The notes beneath the pieces are model-generated. The model was given only the letters and a program-made list of their open reading frames with translations. It was not told the DNA's origin and searched no databases. From Bacillota bacterium (GTDB taxonomy: Bacteria > Bacillota > Sulfobacillia > Fermentithermobacillales > Fermentithermobacillaceae): 64,000 nucleotides of DNA. Shown one piece after another: positions 34,445 to 42,489 of this stretch; within the stretch, counting starts at the first letter, position 1; each line of letters begins with the position of its first letter. The position numbers were made by a program, and so were the translations under genes. The stretch lies in assembly GCA_050952085.1 (NCBI GenBank), contig JBMNKH010000004.1, positions 508,793 through 572,792 of the forward strand. The letters run 5' to 3'.

Positions 34445-34900
34445 ATGAGAAAACCCCAGATCCACCTGTTGGCAATGTCTCCGTTTGTGCTTGGCTATTT
34501 ACTCGACCGCGCGATGATGAAGCTTGGTTGGCACGGTGCGATCATTACCCTTTTCAGCGCCTTGTTTTACCTTTACTGGTTCTTCGCCGGACGCCTATCA
34601 GCCAAGTGGACTAAATCCAAGACCGAATCTATACTGGCGGGCAACAGTTTTGCGATAGTCAGCTTTGCCCTTGTTATGTTTCAGTTAGCCCAGGGACAGT
34701 TCTCATCGGGCGTACTAGGTGTTGGGCCTCAGATGTTTTTCTTACCTGCCATAGTGATGGCGGCCCGGGTACAGAATATCCTGATGTTCTTTACTCCGGT
34801 CCGGACCCTATGGTCATTGTATATCATTGCTTTCGTGCTTGTTCTGGCAGTGCATCATGCGGGATTCTTGCACGCCAGGCGGACCTCTCCAACAGTGTGA
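34445..34900 (+). CDS. Hypothetical four-transmembrane-helix membrane protein
   Basis: Hydrophobic ORF with no recognisable motifs. Confidence 0.35.
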   Translation: MRKPQIHLLAMSPFVLGYLLDRAMMKLGWHGAIITLFSALFYLYWFFAGRLSAKWTKSKTESILAGNSFAIVSFALVMFQLAQGQFSSGVLGVGPQMFFLPAIVMAARVQNILMFFTPVRTLWSLYIIAFVLVLAVHHAGFLHARRTSPTV

Positions 34901-34929
34901 AGCGGTTCGGGTTACCCGGTGTTTCTTGA

Positions 34930-34958
34930 TTGAGTTACACCATGCTTTGTGGTAGAAT
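34930..34958 (+). promoter_or_regulatory. Promoter (TTGAGT, 17-nt spacer, TGnTAGAAT) giving a ~225-nt leader
   Basis: -35 box and extended -10 box read directly from the sequence. Confidence 0.4.
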
Positions 34959-35185
34959 TAGCCGTGATAGTGAGAATCATCACAAACGGGAAGTTGGCAT
35001 TCACATAACCATCGCAGCAACGTTGTAGTAACAAGTAAGAATAGTGTTACACACTCCACATCGCAGCTAACACCTCTTCCTGCAATTTTTTGTACCGTAA
35101 AACATAAGAAGTTAGTCCTAAGGACCAAAACTTCATTGCCATGCTGCAGTATGAGCGTGGGGGAGAGGGAGTCACCATATTGAAC

Positions 35186-35686
35186 ATGGATTTACGGACT
35201 ATTGTTAGAACTGCAGTTATCGCCGGCGTAGCTATTGCCTTCCAAGCCCTCAATTTGCGCCAACCCATCACAGGCCCAGGTATAAACGCGATCTTGTATG
35301 TGGCGTCGATATATATTGGCCCTGTCAGTGGTGTTTTGGTAGGACTCTTGACCCCGTGGATTGCGCTTATCACAGGGATAATGGGGTTCGCCCCTGCAGT
35401 ACCGGTTATAATGGCCGGTAACGCAACCCTGGCGCTTGTTTCGGGATTTCTCCACAGGTTCAACAGGTATCTCGCAATGGGGCTCGCTGCTCTTGGGAAA
35501 TTCGCAGTGATGACCCTTGGAATAAAGTATCTGATAGCACAGGGAACCCAGGTTCCTGCGCCTGCCTACACATCATTGACTGTGACCCAACTAATAACCG
35601 CTCTTGCAGGAGCTGTTGTAGCTTCTGTTGTCTTAGGTGGATTGGAACGGTTTGGAGGCAATGGGCATGGCCGTAGCTGCTCCTGA
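35186..35686 (+). CDS. Small polytopic membrane protein (ECF S-component-like), overlapping the start of the sensory hydrogenase-like gene
   Basis: Five or six transmembrane helices. Overlaps the next ORF by about 20 nt. Confidence 0.4.
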   Translation: MDLRTIVRTAVIAGVAIAFQALNLRQPITGPGINAILYVASIYIGPVSGVLVGLLTPWIALITGIMGFAPAVPVIMAGNATLALVSGFLHRFNRYLAMGLAALGKFAVMTLGIKYLIAQGTQVPAPAYTSLTVTQLITALAGAVVASVVLGGLERFGGNGHGRSCS

Positions 35687-37442
35687 AAGGCTTATATATG
35701 AGTACTCAGTGAGCAATGGTGAGTTTAGCACAGTAGGAACTGAGACGTCCAAACTCAAGCGTGCTTTGCTTAGCATAGGCTTCCCGCCTGAGGCCTCGCG
35801 ACGTGCATTGATTGTAGCTTACGAGCTAGCTATGAATGTCGTGATCCATGCCTCCCAAGGCACTGTAAGTACCTTTTGGAAAGACGGTGCTCTGGAAATA
35901 GTGGTAACCGACACTGGTCCTGGAATTGCGGATATCGAAATGGCTATGACCGAAGGCTACTCAACAGCTCCGACCCATGTGAAGGAAATGGGGTACGGAG
36001 CCGGAATGGGGCTGCCAAACGCCAAAGCTTGTTCCGACTCTATGGAGATCATTTCAAAGCTGGGAAAAGGCACTAATGTGGTATGCCGGATATTACCTGG
36101 AAAACAGGAAACCAGCGCGTTGCCGCATTTCCATTCTGTAAGGCTCGAGACTGAGAGGTGCCAGGGATGCACCAACTGCATAAAAAGCTGCCCCACTGAG
36201 GCGATCAGGGTAAGGGACGGCAAAGCTTTTATCCTGGAGGACAGGTGCATAGATTGTGGCGAGTGCATCAGGCGGTGTCCCAACAACGCTAAGGTGGCAA
36301 TTGCAGACAATTGGGATATCCTGGACACCTTTGACTTCAAGATAGCCCTGGTAGCGCCTTCTTTCTATGGCCAGTTTTCCAATATCACCCCAGGTGTGGT
36401 GAAAGCTGCCTTGTGCGTGGACGGGGGATTTGATGAGGTGTTTGATGTTTCTATTGCGGCAGATCTTGTAACGGTCACCATGAGGGAGTATATCAAGGCA
36501 AACAAGTCAACACGTCCCCTGATCTCCAGTTCCTGCCCGGCAGTGCTCAGGCTTATCCAAGTGAGGTACCCATCCTTGTTGAAACATCTCATACCTTGCG
36601 AGGCTCCCATGGAGATTGCTGCGTGGCTGGCAAAAGACAAGGCTAAGAAACTGCATCCTGAGAAGTCACCTGCCGCAGTGTTTATCTCCCCGTGTCCTGC
36701 CAAGATCACGGCAGCAAGACAGCCTGTGGGCAGGGGCAGGTCGGTGGTGGATGCGGTTATTTCGATGGACCTGGCCTATGCCTGGGTGAAACGCCATGCA
36801 TCTGAGGTAACAACAGGAGCTGAGTTTCCTGTGTCGTCAGGATATGGAATCGGATGGGGCCGGTCAGGCGGCGAATTGATGGCATTGAACCTGAGAGGTT
36901 TGGCAGTAGACGGGATTATGCATGTTTCCTCAGTGTTCGAAGAGCTTGAAAAAGGTGTCTTGAACGACATTGATTTCGTTGAAGCCCAGGCGTGCTCCGG
37001 CGGGTGTGTAGGCGGCTGCCTTGCAGTATCTAACCCGTTTGTGGCAAGGGCCAGGCTCAGCACCCTGGCTCAAGCCAGCCTGGAAGCACCGCCAAACCCC
37101 CTTATCGCAGATATTTCGCCAGACGATCCTGCACTCTGGATGAGTGTGGATATCCTTCCCAGGCCTATCTTCAGACTTGATGATGATGCCCAGGAAGCTA
37201 AGAACAAGCTCACCAAGCTCGAAAAGGTGTTAGGCGAGCTTCCTGGCCTGGATTGCGGATCCTGCGGTGCCCCTACATGCAGGGCGTTTGCAGAAGATGT
37301 AGTTCTTGGGCGGGGCGCTTTATCAGATTGCATATTCAAGTTACGCCAGCGTCTTGAATCCCTTGCGCAAGAAGTGAAAGACCTGGCAGGAATACGTCCT
37401 CCCGCCATGGGAGAGCGAGAACACAATAGCCAAGAGGCATAG
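35667..37442 (+). CDS. Sensory [FeFe]-hydrogenase-like protein: N-terminal RsbW/SpoIIAB-like GHKL kinase domain, two 4Fe-4S ferredoxin motifs, hydrogenase large-subunit-like domain with degenerate H-cluster motifs, and a C-terminal CGSCGAPTC Fe-S domain
   Basis: HATPase N and G boxes (NVVIHA, DTGPGI, GYGAGMGL). CxxCxxCxxxCP occurs twice. The H-cluster L1, L2 and L3 motifs are altered to SSSCP, SPCPAK and EAQACSGGCVGGC. Confidence 0.65.
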   Translation: MAVAAPERLIYEYSVSNGEFSTVGTETSKLKRALLSIGFPPEASRRALIVAYELAMNVVIHASQGTVSTFWKDGALEIVVTDTGPGIADIEMAMTEGYSTAPTHVKEMGYGAGMGLPNAKACSDSMEIISKLGKGTNVVCRILPGKQETSALPHFHSVRLETERCQGCTNCIKSCPTEAIRVRDGKAFILEDRCIDCGECIRRCPNNAKVAIADNWDILDTFDFKIALVAPSFYGQFSNITPGVVKAALCVDGGFDEVFDVSIAADLVTVTMREYIKANKSTRPLISSSCPAVLRLIQVRYPSLLKHLIPCEAPMEIAAWLAKDKAKKLHPEKSPAAVFISPCPAKITAARQPVGRGRSVVDAVISMDLAYAWVKRHASEVTTGAEFPVSSGYGIGWGRSGGELMALNLRGLAVDGIMHVSSVFEELEKGVLNDIDFVEAQACSGGCVGGCLAVSNPFVARARLSTLAQASLEAPPNPLIADISPDDPALWMSVDILPRPIFRLDDDAQEAKNKLTKLEKVLGELPGLDCGSCGAPTCRAFAEDVVLGRGALSDCIFKLRQRLESLAQEVKDLAGIRPPAMGEREHNSQEA

Positions 37443-37455
37443 AAAGGAAGAATCA

Positions 37456-37797
37456 ATGCAGGTACAAGACTTAATCTCCAAATTTGACCTGGTAGAAAGG
37501 GCCATTTCAACAGAGGGGCGGCTGAGGCCTGCGAAGGGCGGTTATTCAGGTGACGTGTTGTCCCATGTTATGGCCAATGCTAAGCCCGGTTATGTTTGGC
37601 TGACTGTGCAGACACACGAGAACATCGTAGCTGTTGCCAGCCTCTTAGAGTTAGCATGCATCTTAGTGTGCCAACGTGAAGTTCCGGAAGAAACGTGCGA
37701 AAGGGCGAGGAGAGAAGGGGTGACCGTCCTTTGGACTCCCCGGAGCAACTTTGAGATGTCCGGACTGCTGTATCAAAGTCTTCATGACAAGCAGTGA
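37456..37797 (+). CDS. DRTGG-domain protein
   Basis: 113-aa standalone protein with a DRTGG-like fold signature, as is typical in sensory-hydrogenase gene clusters. Confidence 0.55.
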   Translation: MQVQDLISKFDLVERAISTEGRLRPAKGGYSGDVLSHVMANAKPGYVWLTVQTHENIVAVASLLELACILVCQREVPEETCERARREGVTVLWTPRSNFEMSGLLYQSLHDKQ

Positions 37798-37868
37798 TTA
37801 CCGTAAAGCTGGCTGAGCAGGTTTTGCAGCGAGCGGGTCGTCCGGATGTCCCATCAGCTAAGGTTGTG

Positions 37869-37890
37869 CAGTTCAGTTCAACATGAACTG
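37869..37890 (+). promoter_or_regulatory. Inverted repeat CAGTTCA-N8-TGAACTG about 30 nt upstream of hydC (candidate operator)
   Basis: Perfect 7-bp arms. The flanking TTGTGCA...TTCAACA gives only partial resemblance to a Rex box. Confidence 0.35.
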
Positions 37891-37919
37891 TTTGCATATC
37901 ACTGGAAGGAGGGGAAGCA

Positions 37920-38447
37920 ATGTCGGAAAACACAGAGCACAAGTGTGATTGTGCCGGAATTCACTTGGATATAGAGCAATATATCCAGAAGCACAAAGGC
38001 GACAGCGGGGCTTTAGTGCAGGTACTTCACTATGTACAGGAGCGTTTAGGTTATGTACCCAAAGACGTTCAGGTCAAGGTCGCTGAGATCTTGGGCGTCT
38101 CTCTTTCTGAGGTTTATGGAGTTATTACCTTCTACTCGCTTTTCAGGGAGAGACCCAGGGGCAAGTACGTGATTTCAATCTGCCAGGGTACTGCCTGTTA
38201 TGTAAGGGGAGCTCCTGAAGTGCTGGCAAGGCTCGAGAAGGAACTGGGGATAAAGGCCGGAGACACCACTGAGGATGGCCTGTTTACCATTGAAGTGGTC
38301 AGGTGCCTGGGTGCCTGCGGGTTGGCGCCTGTTATGACGGTCAACAAAGACACTCACGGACGGGTTACAGAAGACAAGATACCGTCAATCATCAGTTTCT
38401 ACAGGGCACAGGCAGAGGCTGAATCCAGCCAGGTTGCCGGAGACTAG
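37920..38447 (+). CDS. hydC: NuoE-like [2Fe-2S] thioredoxin-fold subunit of [FeFe] hydrogenase (HydC/HndA)
   Basis: CQGTACYVRG...VRCLGACGLAP cysteine motifs. Confidence 0.85.
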   Translation: MSENTEHKCDCAGIHLDIEQYIQKHKGDSGALVQVLHYVQERLGYVPKDVQVKVAEILGVSLSEVYGVITFYSLFRERPRGKYVISICQGTACYVRGAPEVLARLEKELGIKAGDTTEDGLFTIEVVRCLGACGLAPVMTVNKDTHGRVTEDKIPSIISFYRAQAEAESSQVAGD

Positions 38448-38494
38448 TTCCCCAGGTCAGGTGTTTGGGCGTGAGTTTCGCTTGAGTTTGGGAG

Positions 38495-39079
38495 GTGGAC
38501 AGGATCATAGACTTATCATTGCACCTGCTTGATCTTTTGCAGAACAGTGCCCATGCCGGCGCCCGGAATATCACGGTGAGCGTGATTGAGGATCAAGAAG
38601 CAGATCTTCTCCAAATAGCAGTTTCAGATGACGGCAAGGGTATGAATTCCAGCGAGCAAGCTCGTGTCCTAGATCCTTTCTACACCTCATCAAACAGCAA
38701 GAAAGTAGGGTTAGGACTGCCCTTGGTAGCACAGGCAGCTGCCATGGCCGGCGGTTCAGTATCTATAGACTCTAACGAGTCAGGCGGAACTCAGGTCAGC
38801 GTCAGCTACAAGCTGAGCCATCCTGACAGGCAGCCTTTAGGTGACATATCAGCTACCTTAGTTTCTTTCGTGGCAGGCAATCCGTTGATAGATGTGGTTC
38901 TTGAGTACAAAGGACCGGAAGGCGTTTTCCACTTGGACACAAGGCAAATCCGTACAGAAGGGGAAGGCCAGTTGGCCTTTATTTTCAAGTTCGAGGAGAA
39001 ACTGAGGGGCGGTTTAAGCTTGACAGGCTATCGTCCCGACAGGGGAGGTTTGTTCCATGAAATCAATGGAAGATCTTGA
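38495..39079 (+). CDS. GHKL (histidine-kinase-like) ATPase domain protein without HisKA
   Basis: N box (HAGARNI), DDGKGM and GLGL G boxes. Commonly embedded in hydABC operons. Confidence 0.6.
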   Translation: MDRIIDLSLHLLDLLQNSAHAGARNITVSVIEDQEADLLQIAVSDDGKGMNSSEQARVLDPFYTSSNSKKVGLGLPLVAQAAAMAGGSVSIDSNESGGTQVSVSYKLSHPDRQPLGDISATLVSFVAGNPLIDVVLEYKGPEGVFHLDTRQIRTEGEGQLAFIFKFEEKLRGGLSLTGYRPDRGGLFHEINGRS

Positions 39080-39428
39080 GCGCCTGAAGGAAGAAACACT
39101 GCAAGACATACAGCTCCGTACTTCTTCGGGCAGTCCCCGGATTGTTGTAGGGATGGGGACTTGTGGCATAGCGGCAGGTGCAAGGGAAACCATGCTTGCC
39201 ATCATTGATGAGCTCAAGGTAAGGAGGAAGTTCGACGTCGCCATTACTGAGACCGGTTGCGTAGGGCTTTGTGCCAAGGAGCCAATCGTAGAAGTTCAAA
39301 TTCCGGGGCAGCCAAAAGTAGTTTACGGTAACGTCGATCCTTCCCGGGGAAGGCAGATTGTGGTGTCTCACATCGTGAACCACAAGCCGATTGACCAATG
39401 GATTCTGAACGTAGAAGACAATTCCTGA
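39057..39428 (+). CDS. Small thioredoxin-like [2Fe-2S] ferredoxin (HydD/HndB-like)
   Basis: GTCGIAAGA...CVGLCAKEP cysteine motif. 123 aa. Confidence 0.7.
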   Translation: MKSMEDLERLKEETLQDIQLRTSSGSPRIVVGMGTCGIAAGARETMLAIIDELKVRRKFDVAITETGCVGLCAKEPIVEVQIPGQPKVVYGNVDPSRGRQIVVSHIVNHKPIDQWILNVEDNS

Positions 39429-39447
39429 GTGAGAGAGGAGAGGCCTG

Positions 39448-42400
39448 ATGGAGTTTTACAGAAGTCACATCCTAGTATGTTCAGGTACCGGGTGCCATGC
39501 ATCGGGCAGCATTGTCCTCAAAGAAGCTTTGGAAGCCGAGATTGCCCGGGTCGGCCTTGATAAAGAGGTAAAAGTGGTCGAAACAGGGTGTTTTGGTTTC
39601 TGCCGTTTTGGCCCAAACATGATGGTGTATCCTGAAGGTGTTTTCTACTGCCAGGTGCACGAAGAGGATGTCCCCGAGCTTGTCGAGGAGCACCTGGTTA
39701 AAGGGCGGGTCCTTGAGAGGCTGCTTTACAGGGAACCTGAAACTGAGGCAGCAATAGTTGACTTTGAAGAGATACCGTTTTTCAGCAAGCAAACCAGGGT
39801 AGTGCTGGAAAACTGTGGAATAATCAACCCTGAATCAATCAATGAGTACATTGCGCGGAACGGATATTTCGGCCTTGCCAAAGCCTTGCAGATGAAACCG
39901 GAAGAAGTGCTCGATGTTGTTAAGAAATCCGGGCTCAGAGGCCGTGGCGGCGCAGGGTTTCCCACCGGCCTTAAGTGGGAATTTGCAGCCAAAGCTAAGG
40001 GTTCCCCCAAGTACGTCGTGTGTAATGCTGACGAAGGGGACCCGGGAGCTTTCATGGACAGGTCGACAATCGAAGGTGACCCGCACAAACTATTGGAAGG
40101 AATGACCATAGCCGGTTATGCCGTGGGCGCTTCCCAAGGCTATGTTTACGTCCGCGCCGAGTACCCCCTTGCAGTTGAAAGGCTCTACAAGGCGATAGAA
40201 GATGCGCGTGCATTGGGGCTGCTTGGCAAGAACATCCTCAACTCCGGGTTCGATTTTGACATTGACGTAAGGTTGGGTGCGGGCGCTTTTGTGTGCGGCG
40301 AAGAAACTGCCCTGTTGAATTCAGTAATGGGTCAAAGGGGTGAACCCAGGCCAAGGCCTCCTTTCCCTGCCAACGAGGGGTTGTGGGGTAAGCCCACTGT
40401 CATCAACAACGTCGAAACCTTCGCGAATGTGCCTGTCGTATTGAGGAAAGGCGCCGAGTGGCTTTCCTCTATTGGTACTGAGAAGTCAAAGGGCACCAAG
40501 GTGTTTGCCCTTGCCGGCAACATCAATAACAACGGGCTTGCAGAAGTACCCATGGGTACCACCATTGGCGAAATCGTGTTCGACATCGGCGGCGGGCTTC
40601 CTGACGGCAAGAGGTTCAAAGCGGTTCAGACCGGAGGCCCTTCAGGAGGGTGCATACCTGTTGAGTACCTCAACACGCCTGTGGATTATGAGTCACTGGC
40701 TGAGTTGGGTACCATTATGGGTTCCGGCGGATTCGTGGTCATGGACGAGGACACCTGTATGGTAGACCTGGCCAAGTTCTTCTTGGAGTTTGTCCAGTCT
40801 GAGTCATGCGGTAAGTGTGCCCCGTGCAGGATAGGAACTAAGAGGATGCTGGAAATCCTCCAGCGCATCACCCGTGGCGAAGGCAGGGAAGGGGATATTG
40901 AGCTCCTGGTGGAATTAGGCGAGTCTATCAAAGAAAGCGCGTTGTGCGGCTTAGGACAAAGCGCTCCCAACCCTGTGCTGTCCACAATCAAGTACTTCAG
41001 GGAAGAGTACGAGATTCATATTAAGGACAAGAAATGTCCCGCTTCAGTGTGTGCGGCATTGTTTGATGCACCGTGCCAGAACACGTGTCCCGCTCATGTC
41101 GACGTTCCTATCTACGTTGACCTTATCAGGCAAGGCCGCTTCGATGAAGCTTATGAAGAAATCCTGAGAGAAAACCCGTTCCCGGTAGTGTGCGGCAGGG
41201 TCTGCCATCACCCATGTGAATCAAGGTGCAGGAGAGCCCAGCTTGATGAGCCGGTTGCCATCAGGGAACTCAAGCGGTTTGCCTCGGATTGGGCCTTGGG
41301 CAACCGTGGCACCAAGCCCAGGCCGGCTGCCAAAGCGCCTACAGGTAAAAAGGTAGCTGTAGTGGGTGCCGGTCCTGCAGGCTTGACCGCAGCTTATTAC
41401 CTTGCCTTGCAGGGACATTCGGTAACAGTGTTCGAAGCGCTTCCGGTGGCCGGAGGTATGCTGGCAGTGGGTATTCCCCAGTACAGGCTGCCTAAGGACG
41501 CTTTGAATCAGGATATCGAGGTCATAAAGAGCCTTGGAGTGGCCATCCGCACAGGAGTCAAAGTGGGCACAGATGTGAGCTGGGAGCAGCTTACTAACGA
41601 TTGCGACGCTGTGTTCGTAGCAATCGGCGCTCACAAAGACAGGGCAATGGGCATTCCAGGCGAAGCTCTTGATGGGGTAATTCCTGGGGTAGTTTTCTTG
41701 CGGGATCTCAACCTCGGGAAGAAGATAGACTTTACCGGCAAGAAAGTGGTAGTGGTAGGCGGCGGAAACGTTGCCATGGACGCTGCCCGCTCTGCAAGAA
41801 GGCTGGGTGCGGAAAAGGTAACAGTTGTCTACAGGCGCCGCCGTGAAGATATGCCTGCTGAGCCCGAGGAGATTGAGGCAGCTTCTGAAGAAGGCATCGC
41901 CATTGAAGCTATGGTTAACCCAGTGGAGCTGCTGGGTGATGGTAAGGTCGAAAAGGTCAGGTGTGTCAGGATGGTTGCAGGTGAATTCGACTCATCCGGC
42001 CGCCGCAGGACTTATCCTGCAGAAGGCAGTGAGTTCGACCTTGACTGTGACGTGTTCATTGCAGCCATAGGACAGAACCCTGAATCAGACGGGTTTGCCC
42101 GCACCGGGCTTGATATCAACAGGGACGGCACCTTTGCAGTCGACCCGAGAACTATGGCAACGGACATCCCCGGTGTGTTTGCCGCGGGTGACTGTGTGAC
42201 AGGTCCGGCAACTGTGGTCGAAGCTATCGAAGGCGGCAAGAAAGCTGCTGCCGCGATTAACCAATATCTTGGAGGAACCGCTGATGTAGTGCCCAGGTCC
42301 AAGCACGCACGGAAGCTCACTGCTCCTGTTATTGAAGAGAAGATGTCGAGAGCGGATGTAAGGTGCTTGCCTGTGGAAGACAGGGTTACCTCTTTTGTTG

Positions 42401-42477
42401 AAGTTGAACTAGGCTATGAAGCCCGCGAGGCCCAGCGCGAAGCCGGACGATGCCTGCGGTGTGACGTGAAAGAGTAA
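39448..42477 (+). CDS. hydB: NuoF-like flavoprotein subunit (HydB/HndC) fused to a GltD/NfnB-like NADPH-dependent oxidoreductase module
   Basis: The N-terminal region has a 2Fe-2S motif (CSGTGCHASGS), an FMN/NADH site (GRGGAGFPTG) and a 4Fe-4S motif (ESCGKCAPCR). The C-terminal ~400 aa carry GltD-type Fe-S motifs (CPAHVDVPIY...GRVCHHPCESRC) and two Rossmann folds (VVGAGPAGL, VVVGGGNVAMD). Confidence 0.85.
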   Translation: MEFYRSHILVCSGTGCHASGSIVLKEALEAEIARVGLDKEVKVVETGCFGFCRFGPNMMVYPEGVFYCQVHEEDVPELVEEHLVKGRVLERLLYREPETEAAIVDFEEIPFFSKQTRVVLENCGIINPESINEYIARNGYFGLAKALQMKPEEVLDVVKKSGLRGRGGAGFPTGLKWEFAAKAKGSPKYVVCNADEGDPGAFMDRSTIEGDPHKLLEGMTIAGYAVGASQGYVYVRAEYPLAVERLYKAIEDARALGLLGKNILNSGFDFDIDVRLGAGAFVCGEETALLNSVMGQRGEPRPRPPFPANEGLWGKPTVINNVETFANVPVVLRKGAEWLSSIGTEKSKGTKVFALAGNINNNGLAEVPMGTTIGEIVFDIGGGLPDGKRFKAVQTGGPSGGCIPVEYLNTPVDYESLAELGTIMGSGGFVVMDEDTCMVDLAKFFLEFVQSESCGKCAPCRIGTKRMLEILQRITRGEGREGDIELLVELGESIKESALCGLGQSAPNPVLSTIKYFREEYEIHIKDKKCPASVCAALFDAPCQNTCPAHVDVPIYVDLIRQGRFDEAYEEILRENPFPVVCGRVCHHPCESRCRRAQLDEPVAIRELKRFASDWALGNRGTKPRPAAKAPTGKKVAVVGAGPAGLTAAYYLALQGHSVTVFEALPVAGGMLAVGIPQYRLPKDALNQDIEVIKSLGVAIRTGVKVGTDVSWEQLTNDCDAVFVAIGAHKDRAMGIPGEALDGVIPGVVFLRDLNLGKKIDFTGKKVVVVGGGNVAMDAARSARRLGAEKVTVVYRRRREDMPAEPEEIEAASEEGIAIEAMVNPVELLGDGKVEKVRCVRMVAGEFDSSGRRRTYPAEGSEFDLDCDVFIAAIGQNPESDGFARTGLDINRDGTFAVDPRTMATDIPGVFAAGDCVTGPATVVEAIEGGKKAAAAINQYLGGTADVVPRSKHARKLTAPVIEEKMSRADVRCLPVEDRVTSFVEVELGYEAREAQREAGRCLRCDVKE

Positions 42478-42489
42478 GGGGGGAGAGGG

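Noticed and set aside
37864-37882. Possible Rex box TTGTGcagttcagTTCAaca upstream of hydC
   Set aside because: Only the TTGTG and TTCA cores fit. The right half-site (TTCAACA) deviates from TTCACAA, so it is kept only as a low-confidence note within the palindrome finding.
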